NCBI GenBank assembly: GCA_010909165.1
Contig: MU008153.1
Span: forward strand, 62,001 to 126,000
DNA: 64,000 bases
Reading direction: 5' to 3'
From: Anthoceros angustus
Taxonomy: Eukaryota; Plantae; Anthocerotophyta
Shown here: positions 47,263 to 61,212 of the stretch, piece after piece
Position numbering within the stretch: position 1 is the stretch's first letter
How the letters are laid out: each line of letters starts with the position of its first letter
Position numbers and translations under genes: made by a program
Notes under the pieces: generated by a model
What the model was told of the DNA's origin: nothing
Seen by the model: the letters and a program-made list of their open reading frames with translations, nothing else
Database searches by the model: none

Positions 47263-50200
47263 GCGAATTAAATCAAATGTGATAGAGTATAGTTTGGGTT
47301 TGGTCAATTTTATTAGTTCGAGAATTCAAAAATGTGAAAACATTAAAAAAATCGATGAAGATAAAATCGATGTTCTCACTTGCATTCATTGGAGGAGTTG
47401 GGAAAGCAACATGCTCTCAACTTCCAGAACTCGCTTCGAAATTACGCCTTTCCTCCTCTCACATTCACCGTTAAGGTAGTCTCAAAAATGCCCAAAACCC
47501 GGACTAACGGGGTTTGCAAGTACATGCAAAACACAGTGTATTGGTGAGGTGATGACAAACCGTGGACTTGCTGCGGAAGGAGCTTTGCTTTCATGGAGAA
47601 GGCATGGTTTATGTCAAAGGCTTGCTAGGGAGTACGATATGACATCCTCTTACGGCACCAAAAGTGCCCATCATTGTATTTCTCCCGTCGGCATTTCACT
47701 TGGAGAGCCTCCTTAGAGGGATGGTGTGAACTACATAAAATCATTATTTGTCCATCTTGTGCAGGCATCGAAGAGCTATTGGTAGCCATGGCCGGGACCT
47801 CTTTCTCAAGCTAATGCCTATGATTTATGAGTTGCACAGGATATGACCTTGTCGGCTTGCCTTCAAACTCATATGGAATGTTGGACACAGTTGTTGCAAG
47901 ACAAGACAAAGCGAGATGGGGCAAAAGCATTGGTGACTTTAAGATGGAGGTGAGCAATTCGTGACTACGAATATGTCTTGAAATCGTGGGGCGGCGGAGA
48001 CATTTGAATGGGCGTGTTGCCATGATCCTTGGTAGTTAGCTGTGAGAATCTTGTAAGGCTTGGCGCACGGCGTTCGGACTTCCACAGACTCAACATGGAC
48101 TTCAAATGTTATGAAGGGGCTAGCGTTGCCCAATTGGCTATGCTTTGATCTATGGCACCTTGATTGGTAAGCCATATGGTGGGGCTTATCATGTGATTGG
48201 TGGCGGTCGACTTTAATGAAACTCATATGGTAGCTTTCATTAGGCTGCAAGCCTTGTTGTCGGTGGAATCAAGCGGGGAAGCACACAAGGGCGGAAGATA
48301 CATTCATTCAATTACTCAAGAAAGAGAACAATGGAGTTTATGTACGCAAGTGAGATAACTAACTAAAATTGTTTTGATAACTATCCGAACTACGAGCGGA
48401 TATAAGCGGTAAGTAGATCGACTACTAGACCAATAATTTTACACTCCTCTTAGTGAGTCATAGGGATCAAAATCAGCGCATGGGTGATTTGATCCATAAT
48501 TGCCGATAACTTCACACTCCAAGCAGCGCTTGAAAACACATGCATAAGAAACACCAAAGGGAATCTTTCGGACACGCCTAGTCATGGGCGTTACTCCTCC
48601 ATCAACTACGCTCCACTACCTCTGCTACAAAACTTGAGATGGCAACATTTGATGTCGTGGAACTTGCCTTGGTTGTTTTATACTGTGTTGGCTGCAGTCT
48701 TCACATCCGATCGTGTGCTTAGGTTTGCAAGACAAGATCCCACTTGATGAGTAGATGGATGGACTAGGCTAGTGAGCAACTCCTTAGAGTCTGCTAGAAT
48801 ATCAATGGCCCCTCTGACTAGAGTGTGCTTTTCATGTAGTACCCTAGGGAGCTTTATATTGGCTATAGCTGGTGCAAATCTTTCAAGAAACTCTGAACCC
48901 AAAAACTCCTTAGGTGCACAGTCATTGCCCCATATGCGGCTTCCGTTGAAGATAGGCGGTGGTCAAACTTCTTTGATGACCACGAAGCGAGTCATCCCAA
49001 GAAACATACAATAGGCGGTGGTGCTCGACTTTGATGACCACGAAGCGAGTCATCCCAAGAAACATACAATAAGCCACTCTTCCTTGTCCACAAGGTCTCT
49101 TGCCAGTCGGCATGGCGATGGCATGAGTTGGAGATCACCAAGAGTCTTACCGAAGCAGTCCTTTCCTTGGAGAGCCCTTCAAGTATCTAAAGATTAACTT
49201 CTGGCGCTGGGCAAGCCTTGGGTTTTCTAGAAATTGGCTAAAAGTACCAGCCTACGGTGATATCTAATCTAGTCCAGCTTGACAAGTAAATGAGGGACCC
49301 CACACTGTCTATATGGTTTAGAAGCCATTTCGACTTTTCGACTTAGTACTAAGACACCGCTCAAGGGTAGCTTGTCATCTATACTCATTGGCATTGATAC
49401 AGACGGGCGTCTACCACATTAAACCTTCGCAAAAGCTGGTGCGCAAAGTGTGCACGATGAATGTCAATGGTCTTATCTTTGCTATTAAAATGGAACTATA
49501 CGAGGAAAGGTAAGTTGCCCTAGGTCATTCATCTCAAATCAAACTTGGTAAGTAAGATCTTCTTAATCACATCCATCGGTGTTCTTTGAGGTACTAAGCA
49601 GGATGTTGTCATCCACATAAAGCGACGGGATTAGAAAGTCTACTCCTTCACTTAGCAAGTACTGCATTGTCAACGCCCATACAAATGAAGCCTACCTCAT
49701 AAGGAGTTGATGGAATACCTCATTCTGCTCTCAAGGATCGCTTGAGGCCATAACGTGTTTTAAGCAACTTACACACTTTGTCCTCATCAACAATGAAGCC
49801 CTACGGTTGACACATGTAAATCTCCCTCTAGCGTGCCATTCGAGAAAAGTGGTCTTCACATCCGGTTGATGCACTAGTAGGTTGTAGTGGGCGGTTAGTG
49901 CAAGGAGGATTCGGAGAATTGGATTGACAACGGTGAAAAGGTTTCGTTATAGTCTAGACCACGGACTTGGTTGTAGCCCTTGGTAACAAGGCGTGCCTTA
50001 TGTCGACCAAAGTGCCGTCGATGTTAGCTTCTTCTTGAAGACCCTCTTGCATGCTATTGGCTTCCTTCTAGGAGGTAAGGTGACAAGTTTCTAGCTGTTA
50101 TTCGAATGAGGGGTGTATTACGAATCTATTGCTACTTTCCAAAAGGAAGATTCGGTCCCTCTATGGCTTCCTTGTAGGTAGCGGGTTCTCCTAAGGATGC

Positions 50201-52487
50201 AACACTCAAAGCTCTCTTGGGATAACCGAGTAGTCCGTACCTATGAGTCACCTTGCCACTTCCATTGATGGATAGGTCTACATGCCCTCTCGGCAACGCA
50301 ACTCGAGTGGATGAGGTTGAAGAGGGGATCGTCTTCTATGGGTCCAATGACCATTGGTTTTGGCTTTGGCTTTGGCTTTGGCTTTGGCTTTGGCTTTGGC
50401 TTTAAGCGCACATGTGCATCAAGATCGAGCGGTAAGATCATCATTATGGCACGGAACATCGCGGTAAAAGTGGTACAGTGGTCCAGGCGCCTTTGAAACC
50501 ATGGAAGGCAGATCATCATTATGGCACGGAACATCGGTAAAAGTGGTACAGTGGTCCAGGCGCCTTTGAAACCATGGAAGACAGCAGTCATCATAAAAAA
50601 TGGAGGCAAATTTATCGCCCTCGAAATAAGTGAATCCACACCAAAGATGGTCCAAGGAAGGTTCAAGCGGTTGGAAGGACAGTGCAAAGTGGCGTTCAAG
50701 AAGCATTGTTTCATGAAAAATCACGCGAGCAATGGTCAATTGATTGTGGTGGCGGTCGAAAAGTTTGTAACCTTTGACATCTTGAGTAGCCCACAAAAAT
50801 GTGACGAGTGGCTTTGGGATCCAACTTGCTGCAAAGAGTTGAAGGGACATGAGCATAAGCAGTGAACCAAATATTAGCAGATCGTCACTCGTGGCTTGTT
50901 TCCGATCCTCATTCATAAGGAGTAATTGGCCCCAGTTCCTTTGTGGGTAAGCGGTTTTGCACATAGTTGGCTTCCATCAAAGCTTCAGACCCGATGTACG
51001 AGTTAGTCCGGCAAAAATCAAGGAAGCGAGAGTGGCCTCCGTATATTACATTCTTGGATCCTTTCAAAAGTGAGTTTTGAGCGGTGTATAAGGTACGATG
51101 AATTGATCTTGAATCCCTCATAAGCACAAAATGATGCGAAGGCCTTGTTGGTATCATCCTCCGTTATGCATGCGAAGAATACAAACCTTTACTCTTGTCG
51201 ACGTTGAGTCAGAGTGACGTATTCTTTGGAAGCAGGACAAGGCTTCACTTTTGTGGCAAAGAGGAAATATTGTACACAAGCTCCATTCGTCAACAAACGT
51301 TATGAAGTAATCAGCACCTCAAAGGAGGCGTGTGGTCAAGGGGCCACATATGTCACTGTGGACCGTGTGAAGGAGGCCCTCGCCCTAATCGGGAACTTGT
51401 CTTTATAAAAGGTAAAAGTGAGCCTTGCGACAACGACGATTGGCCAATTTCTCTCCGATTTCCAACTCATGGTAAGACCAGCGCTTGCACCTTTCTTGCC
51501 CTTCAAGCCGTCAATCCTCAATGCTTCAAAACCACTCCTTCTTACTCCTCTCTAGCTTGCGCACTCGAGTCTCAAAACACCAGCTTGCTCGCTTATACCA
51601 CGGTCGCCCTCGACACTCGGAGCTCATAGGCAGCCGAAGAATACGGTTGAGCAGCTCCTCCGACATCGCACCGTTTGCGGACCATAGATCCTAGTGCTCG
51701 GAAGGGATTCACTGTTCAATCCACTTGGGAGCCTCTTGCTAACCTCATGCACCGCAGGCCCTTCTCGGCATTATCTACGCACGGGATCTCAAGTACCTTG
51801 AGGTCAACGAAATGCCTCCTGCCGGTGGGTAATGTAACGGATCCCATTACAATATAACGGGACACCATTAGCATGCACCACACTCGTGTAACAATGCTTG
51901 ATTTAAATACTGCGGTCAGGAGAAAGGCCTCTTATTTCCATGTCAAAGCTCTATCATATAATTCGTGACATTGGCCCATAACATGCATGCATTCATCCTC
52001 ACCTCATCCTACCATGGTCCAAGGAACTTCCCACCAACACCCCAAAGACCAAGGACTTCCTACTTACCCGAGTAGCTATGACTAAAAATCCAAGGACACT
52101 CCTCCTTGGGTCTCGACGTCCATAGCTTCCAATGCCCACTATATACTAAATACGTCGGCATGAAATATTCAATCCTACCTACTCTCCTACAACCTAGTCT
52201 AAAATGGCCCGTCCCCAGCACTACCTGAAAAATCTCAAGTGACAACCCGCCTCACGGACTTCCTACCGTCATCCTCTGGACCTCCTACTAGGCGTTTGAG
52301 GCGGCGCTATCCTACCCCGGACCCGGCTCACGTCCTACCGTAAATCTAACCTATTTTCTACTTGGGTAAATCCTAAAAATCAGCGAATTCACAAAAGGAG
52401 TTTCTTAGCATAACCTTCTACAACTTTTACGTTTCTTTCTCCATTTTCTCAAAATGAAGTTGCCCAAACTTTTGCGTTCCAGTTGAT

Positions 52488-53276
52488 ATGGAGATGCGAC
52501 TTGACTTGGTGTCCGAGCTCAAATGAGCGGACCATACGATAAAGACACACCAAGTGGGTTAGTATGGGTCCATGGCGAGGACACACTTGAAGAGAGCATC
52601 CGTCGGGGTGATACCCAAGCTAGTGAGCGTGGTGGCAACCACCAACCTTCACGCAAAATTCGACTTGCATCATTTGGCTCGCACCTTCCTAACGTGGAGT
52701 ATCGTCTTTGAGCAAAGCGGTCGAGCTATGCGGTGAGGGTCCAAATTTAGGGTCCTCGGGGCCTTGCCTAACATTATACATATTTATTAGGGAATTGTGA
52801 GCGTGCTAGGGAGGCGTCGCGTCAACATTGTGTTTGCAAGAAGGCACGGTGTGATGGTCAACACGTTGGGGTACAATGCACATTTTGATCCTAACGACTT
52901 CGTGGTTTGCAACCTTGTCTTTGGATCTTGAACTACTTAAAGATGAAATGCTTGCAAGCGCAATCGATTTGGCGCTTCACGCAACCCTAATCGAAAATAT
53001 GAGGGGCCTCAAGTTGAAGCGATTGCACCTCGACCCGTCGAATTGAGAGGGTTCAACTGTCGGTAATGAAGTTTGAAGACAACAACTTGGGCATGAGTAT
53101 CTTCCGTTCGACGCCTCCACATCTGGAGGAAGCACTATTGCAATCATACAAAGCTTTTGAGCAATTTGTATCCCATTGTAGTGGCACATAAGAGAACAAT
53201 GCCCGAGCCTAAGACGGTGCGAGCAATTCGAGGTCGATCGATAGTAGTTCGATACACTAGGAAACTACTTCCATGA
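52488..53276 (+). CDS. TBP-like gene, copy 5
   Basis: Same sequence as copy 1, different indels. Confidence 0.75.
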
Positions 53277-56200
53277 GCGAATTAAATCAAATGTGATAGA
53301 GTATAGTTTGGGTTTGGTCAATTTTATTAGTTCGAGAATTCAAAAATGTGAAAACATTAAAAAATCGATGAAGATAAAATCGATGTTCTCACTTGCATTC
53401 ATTGGAGGGGAGTTGGGGAAAGCAACATGCTCTCAACTTCCGACACTCGCTTCGAAATTACGCCTTTCCTCCTCTCACATTCACGGCCGCCAACACCAAA
53501 GGTAGTCTCCAAAATGCCCAAAACCCGGACTAACTGTGGTTTGCAAGTACATGCAAAACACACAGTGCTGTTAGTAAGGTGATGACAAACCGGTGGACTT
53601 GCTGCGGAAGGAGCTTTGCTTTCATGGAGAAGGCATGGTTTATGTCAAAGGCTTGCTAGGAGGTCGATATGCATGACATCCTCTTACACCAAAAGTGCCC
53701 ATCATTGTATTTCTCCCGGCCGGTACCACTTGGAGAGCCTCCTTAGAGGGATGGTGTGAACTACATAAAATCATTATTTGCCGTCCATACATGCGACATG
53801 AGCTATTGGTAGCCATGACGCCTTGGACCTCTTTCTCGAAGCTAATGCCTATGATTTATGAGTTGCTGCACAGGATATGACCTTGTCGGCCCTTCAAACT
53901 CATATGGAATGTTGGACCGGTTGTTGCAAGTGACAAGACAACCGAGATGGGGCAAAGCAGCATGGTGACTTTAAGATGGAGGTGAGCAATTCGTGACTGA
54001 ATATGTCTTGAAATCGTGGGACTGGCGGAGACATTTGAATGGTGTTGCCATGATCCTTGGTAGTTAGGCATGAGAATCTTGTAAGGCTTGAGCGCCTGCC
54101 GTTCGAGGACTTCCAGACTCAACATGGACTTCAAATGTTATGAAGGGGCTAGCGTTGCCCAATTGGCTATGCTTTGATCTATGGCACCTTGATTGGTAAG
54201 CCATATGGTGGGGCTTATCATGTGATTGGTAAGCGTGGTCGACTTTAATGAAACTCATATGGTAGCTTTCATTGGGCTACAAGCCTTGTTCTTGTCGGTG
54301 GAATCAAGCGGGGAAGCACACAAGGCGGAAGATACATTCATTCAATTACTCAAGAAAGAGAACAATGGAGTTTATGTACAAAGAAGTGAGATAACTAACT
54401 AAAATTGTTTTGATAACTATCCGAACTACGAGCGGATATAAGCGGTAAGTAGATCGACTACTAGACCAATAATTTTTACACTCCCTCTTAGTGAGTCATA
54501 GGGATCAAAATCAGCATGGACCGATTTGATCCATAATTACGATAACTTCACACTCAAGCGCGCTTGAAAACACATGCATAAGAAACACCAAAGGGAATCT
54601 TTGGACACGCCTAGTCATGGGCGTACTCCCTCCATCAACTACGCTCCACTACCTCTGCTACAAAACTTGAGATGGCAACATTTGATGTCGTGGAACTTGC
54701 CTTGGTTGTTTCTTGTTGTGTTGGCTGCGATCTTCACATCCAATCGTGTGCTTAGGTTTGCAAGACAAGATCCCACTTGATGAGTAGATGGATGGACGGC
54801 TAGGCTAGTGAGCAACTCCTTAGAGTCTGACTAGAATATCAATGGCCCCTCTGACAAATTATGCTTTTCATGTAGTACCCTAGGAGCTTTATATTGGGCG
54901 GGCTATAGTGCAAATCTTTCAAGAAACTACGAACCCAAAAACTCCTTAGGTGCACGAGTCATTGCCCCATATGCGGCTTAGATGAAGATAGGCGGTGGTG
55001 CTCGACTTCTTTGATGACCACAGCGAGTCATCCCAAGAAACATACAATAGGCAGGTGCTCGACTTCTTTGATGACCACGAAACAGAGTCATCCCAAGAAA
55101 CATACAATGAAACCCACACTCTTCCTTGTCCACAAGGTCTCTTGCCCCATCGACATGGCGTTAGTGGTTGGAGATCACCAAGAGTCTTACAAGCGGAGTC
55201 CTTTCCTTGGAGAGCCCTTCAAGTATCTAAAGATTAACTTCTCTGGCCAATGGGCAAGCCTTGGGTTTTCTAGAAATTGGCTAAAAGTACCAACAGCTCG
55301 GTGATATCTAATCTAGTCCAGTTTGACAAGTAAATGAGGACCCCACACTGTCTATATGGTTTAGAAGCCATTTCCAGCTTTTGACTTACTAAGACCGCTC
55401 AAGGGTAGCTTGTCATCTATACTCATTGGCATTGATACAGGACGGGCGTCTACCACATTAAACCTTCGCAAAAGCTGGTGCGCAAAGTGTGCTTGATGAA
55501 TGTCAATGGTCTTATCTTTGCTATTAAAATGGAACCAGCCCTGAGGAAAAGGTAAGTTGCCCTAGGTCATTCATCTCAAATCAAACTTGGTAAGTAAGAT
55601 CTTCTTAATCCTGTCAATCAGTGTTGCTGAGGTACTAAACAGGATGTTGTTATCCACATAAACAGCCAGGATTAGAAAGTCTACTCCTTCACTTAGCAAG
55701 TACACCTTGTCAACGTCCATACAAATGAAGCCTACCTCTATAAGGAGTTGATGGAATACCTCATTCAGTGCTCTCAAGGATCGCTTGAGGCCATAACGTG
55801 TTTTAAGCAACTTACACACTTTGTCCTCATCAACAATGAAGCCCTCGGTTGACACATAAAAATCTCCCCTCTGGCGGGCCATTCGGAAAAGTGGTCTTCA
55901 CATCCAGTTGATGCACTAGTAGGTTGTAGTGGCGCTTAGTGCAAGGAGGATTCGGAGGTGGATTTGACAACGGTGAAAAGGTTTCGTTATAGTCTAGACC
56001 ACGGACTTGGTTGTAGCCCTTGGTAACAAGGCGTGCCTTATGTCACCACATCTTGCGTCGATGTTAGCTTCTTCTTGAAGACCCTCTTGCATGCTATTGG
56101 CTTCCTTCTAGGAGGTAAGGTGACAAGTTTCTAGTGTTATTCGAATGAGGGAATTGTATTACGAATCTATTGCTACTTTCCAAAAGGAAGATTCAGTCCC

Positions 56201-59200
56201 TCTATGGCTTCCTTGTAGGTAGCGGGTTCTCCTAAGGACTGCAACACTCAAAGCTACATCTTGGGATAAGCCGAGTAGTCGAGTACCTATGAAGTCACCT
56301 TGCCACTTCCATTGATGGATAGGTCTACATGCCCTCTCGGCAACGCAACTCGAGTGGATGAGGTTGAAGAGGGGATCGTCTTCTATGGGTCCAATGACCA
56401 TTGGTTTTGGCTTTGGCTTTGGCTTTGGCTTTGGCTTTGGCTTTGGCTTTGGGCACATATGCATCAAGATCGAGCGATAAGATCATCATTATGGCTGGAA
56501 CATCGGTAAAAGTGGTACAGTGGTCAGGCGCCTTTGAAACCATGGAAGGCGAGTCATCATAAAAAATGGAGGCAAATTTATTAGCCTCTCGAAATAAGTG
56601 AATCCACACCAAAGATGGTCCAAGGAAGGTTCGATTGGAAGGACGGCTGCAAAGTGGCGTTCAAGAAGCATTGTTTCATGAAAAATCACTTTGCGCAATG
56701 GTCAATTGACGGGTAGCGTCGAAAAGTTTGTAACCTTTGACATCTTGAGTAGCCCACAAAAATGTGACGAGTGGCTTTGGGATCCAACTTCTTTGCAAGA
56801 CAAGATCCCACTTGATGAGTAGATGGATGGACAGCTAGGCTAGTGAGCAACTCCTTAGAGTCTGCACTAGAATATGGCCTTATCAGGCTAGAGTGTGCTT
56901 TTCATGTAGTACCCTAGGAGCTTTATATTGGGCTATAGTGCAAATCTTTCAAGAAACTACGAACCCAAAAACTCCTTAGGTGCTCGAGTCATTGCCCCAT
57001 ATGCGGCTTGTTGAAGATAGGCATTTGGTGCTCGACTTCTTTGATGACCACGAACAGAGTCATCCCAAGAAACATACAATAGGCATGGTGCTCGACTTCT
57101 TTGATGACCACGAAAGAGTCATCCCAAGAAACATACAATAGGCAGCCACACTCTTCCTTGTCCACAAGGTCTCTTGCCCAACAAGATGGCAAGAGGTCGT
57201 GAGTTGGAGATCACCAAGAGTCTTACGAAGCAGTCCTTTCCTTGGAGAGCCCTTCAAGTATCTAAAGATTAACTTCTCTGGCCAATGGGCAAGCCTTGGG
57301 TTTTCTAGAAATTGGCTAAAAGTACCAACAGCTCGTGATATCTAATCTAGTCCAGCTTTGACAAGTAAATGAGGACCCCACACTGTCTATATGGTTTAGA
57401 AGCCATTTCCAGCTTTTCGACTTAGACTAAGACCGCTCAAGGGTAGCTTGTCATCTATACTCATTGGCATTGATACGGGCGTCTACCACATTAAACCTTC
57501 AAAAGTGCGCAAAGTGTGCACGATGAATGTCAATGGTCTTATCTTTGCTATTAAAATGGAACTAGCCCCGAGGAAAGGTAAGTTGCCCTAGGTCATTCAT
57601 CTCAAATCAAACTTGGTAAGTAAGATCTTCTTAATCCTGTCCATCGGTGTTCTGAGGTACTAAACAGATGTTGTCATCCACATAAACAGCCGATTAGAAA
57701 GTCTACTCCTTCACTTAGCAAGTACACCCACATCAGCGTCCATACAAATGAAGCCTACCTCTATAAGGAGTTGATGGAATACCTCATTCCGTGCTCTCAA
57801 GGATCGCTTGAGGCCATAACGTGTTTTAAGCAACTTACACACTTTGTCCTCATCAACAATGAAGCCCTCGGTTGACACATAAAAATCTCCTCTAGCCATT
57901 CGGAAAAGTGGTCTTCACATCCAGTTGATGCACTAGTAGGTTGTAGTGGGCGATTAGTGCAAGGAGGATTCGGAGAGGTGGATTTGACAACGGTGAAAAG
58001 GTTTCGTTATAGTCTAGACCACGGACTTGGTTGTAGCCCTTGGTAACAAGGCGTGTAACCATCGATTTAGCTTCTTCTTGAAGACCCTCTTGCATGCTAT
58101 TGGCTTCCTTCTAGGAGGTAAGGTGACAAGTTTCTAGTTATTCCGAATGAGGGAATTGTATTAATCTATTGCTACTTTCCAAAAGGAAGATTCAGTCCTC
58201 TATGGCTTCCTTGTAGGTAGCGGGTTCTCCTAAGGACCTGCAACACTCAAAGCTCTGTCTTGGGATAAGAGTAGTCCGAGTACCTATGAAGTCACCTTGC
58301 CACTTCCATTGATGGATAGGTCTACATGCCCTCAACGCAACTCGAGTGGATGAGGTTGAAGAGGGGATCGTCTTCTATGGGTCCAATGACCATTGGTTTT
58401 GGCTTTGGCTTTGGCTTTGGCTTTGGCTTTGGCTTTGGCTTTGGTGCACATATGCATCAAGATCGAAGCGAGATCATCATTATGGCTGGAACATCGGTAA
58501 AAGTGGTACAGTGGTCCAGCGCCTTTGAAACCATGGAAGACGAAATATCATAAAAAATGGAGGCAAATTTATTAGCCTCTCGAAATAAGTGAATCCACAC
58601 CAAAGATGGTCCAAGGAAGGTTCAAGCGGTTGGAAGGACAGTGCAAAGTGGCGTTCAAGAAGCATTGTTTCATGAAAAATCACTGAGCAATGGTCAATTG
58701 ATTGTGGTAGCGGTCGAAAAGTTTGTAACCTTTGACATCTTGAGTAGCCCACAAAAATGTGACGAGTGGCTTTGGGATCCAACTTGCTGCAAAGAGTTGA
58801 AGGGACATGAGCATAAGGGTGAACCAAATATTCGCAGATCGTCACTCGTGGCTTGTTTCCGATCCTACTCATAAGGAGTAATTGGCCCCAGTTCCTTTGT
58901 GGGTAAGCGGTTTTGCACATAGTTGGCTTCCATCAAAGCTTGACCCAGCGAGTTAGTCCGGAAAATCAAGGCGAGTGGCCTCCGTAATGTTACATTCTTA
59001 CGGATCCTTTATTGCAAGTGAGTTTTGAGCAGTGTATAAGTCGATGAAATTGATCTTGAATCCTCATAAGCACAAAATGATCACGAAGGCCTTGTTGGTA
59101 TCATCCTCCGTTATCTCGAAGAATACAAACCTTTACTCTTGTCGGCGTTGAGTCAGAGTGACGTATTGCTGGAAAGCAGGACAAGGCTTCACTTTTGTGG

Positions 59201-60424
59201 CAAGAGGAAATATTGTACACTACCGGCTCCATTCGTCAACAAAGCGTTATGAAGTAATCAGCCTCCAAAGGAGCGTGTGGTCAAGGGGCCACATATGTCA
59301 CTATGGACCGTGTGAAGGAGGCCCTCACCCTCGTGAACTTGTCTTTATAAAAGGTAAAGAGTGAGCCTTGCGACAACGATTGGTGCCAATTTCTCTCGAT
59401 TTCCAACTCGCGGGTAAGACCGCTTGCACCTTTCTTGCCCTTCAAGCCGTCAATCCTCAATGCTTCAAAACCACTCCTTCTTACTCCTCTCTGGCTTGCG
59501 CCTCAGTCTCAAAACACCAGCTTGCTCACGCACGGTCGCCTCCGACATGCCCCCATCGAGCTCATGACGGCCACGAAGAATACGGTTGAGCGGCTCCTCC
59601 GACATCGCACCGCTTTGCGGTGACCATAGATCCTAGTGCTCGGGAAGGATTCCTGTTCGAATCCACTTGGGAGCCTCTTGCTAACCTCATGCACCTGCAG
59701 GCCCTTCTCCGGCATTATCTCACGCACGGGATCTCAAGTACCTTGAGGTCAACGAAATGCCTCGCCGGTGGGTAATGTAACGGATCCCATTACAATATAA
59801 CGGGCCACCATTAGCATGCACCACACTCGTGTAACAATGCTTGATTTAAATCTGAAGGCGGTCGAGAAAGGCCTCTTATTTCCATGTCAAAGCTCTATCA
59901 TATAATTCGTGACATTGGCCCATAACATGCATGCATTCATCCTCACCTCATCCTACCATGGTCCAGGAACTTCCCACCAGCACCCCAAAGACCAAGGACT
60001 TCCTACTTACAGTAGCTATGACCAAAATCCAAGGACACTCCTCCCTTGGGTCTCGGCGTCCATAGCTTCCTAATGCCCACTATATATGCTAAATACGTCG
60101 GCATGAAATATTCAATCCTACCTACTCTCCTACAACCTAGTCTAAAATGGCTTCGTCCCCAAGCGCCTACAGATGAAAATCTCAAGTGACAACCTCACGG
60201 ACTTCCCGTCATCTCTGGACCTCCTACTAGGCGCGTTTGACGCTATCCTACTACCCGGACCAGCCCCGTCCCTACTGTAAATCTAACCTATTTTCTACTT
60301 GGGTAAATCCTAAAAATCAGCAATTCACAAAAGGAGTTTCTTAGCATAACCTTCTACAACTTTTACGTTTCTTTCTCCATTTTCTCAAAAATGAAGTTGC
60401 CCAAACTTTTGCGTTCCAGTTGAT

Positions 60425-61212
60425 ATGGAGATGCGACTTGCTGACGTGGGTGTCCGAGCTCAAAATGAGCCGGACCATACAAGATAAAGACACACCAAGT
60501 GGGTTAGTATGGGTCCATGGCGAGGACACACTTGAAGAGAGCATCCGTCGGGGTGATACCCAAGCTAGTGAACGTGGTGGCAACCACCAACCTTCACGCA
60601 ATTAACTTGCATCATTTGGCTCGCACCTTCCTAACGTGGAGTATCGTCGAGCAAAGCAGTCGAAACTATGGCAGCGAGGGTCCAAATTTGCGGGTCCCTG
60701 GGGCCTTGCCTAACATTATACATATTCATTCGAATTGTGAACGTGCTAGGAGCAGCGTCGCGTCAACATCGTGTTTGCAAGAAGCTGGTCGCGATGGTTA
60801 ACACGCTGGGGTACAATGCACATTTTGATCCTAACGACTTGGGTTTTGCAACCTTGTGCGATGTGAACTACTTAAAGATGAAATGCTTGCAAGCGCAATC
60901 GATTTGGCAGCGCTTCACAACCCTAACTGAAAATATGAGGGCCTCAAGTTGAAGCAGTTGCACCTCGACCCGTCGGAATTGAGAGGGTTCATCTTGTAAT
61001 GAAGTTTGAAGACAACAACTTGGGCATGAGTATCTTCCGTTCGACGCCTCCACATCTCTGGAGGAAGCACTATTGCACCGTCATACAAAGCTTTTGACAA
61101 ATTTGTATCCCATTGTAGTGGCACATAAGAGAACAATGCCCGAGCCTAAGACGTGCGAGCAATTCGAGGTCGATCGATAGTAGTTCGATACACTAGGAAA
61201 CTACTTCCATGA
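60425..61212 (+). CDS. TBP-like gene, copy 6
   Basis: VIPKLVNVVATTNL; PCLTLYIF..IVNVLGAASRQHRVCKKLVAMVNTLGYNAHF. Confidence 0.75.
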
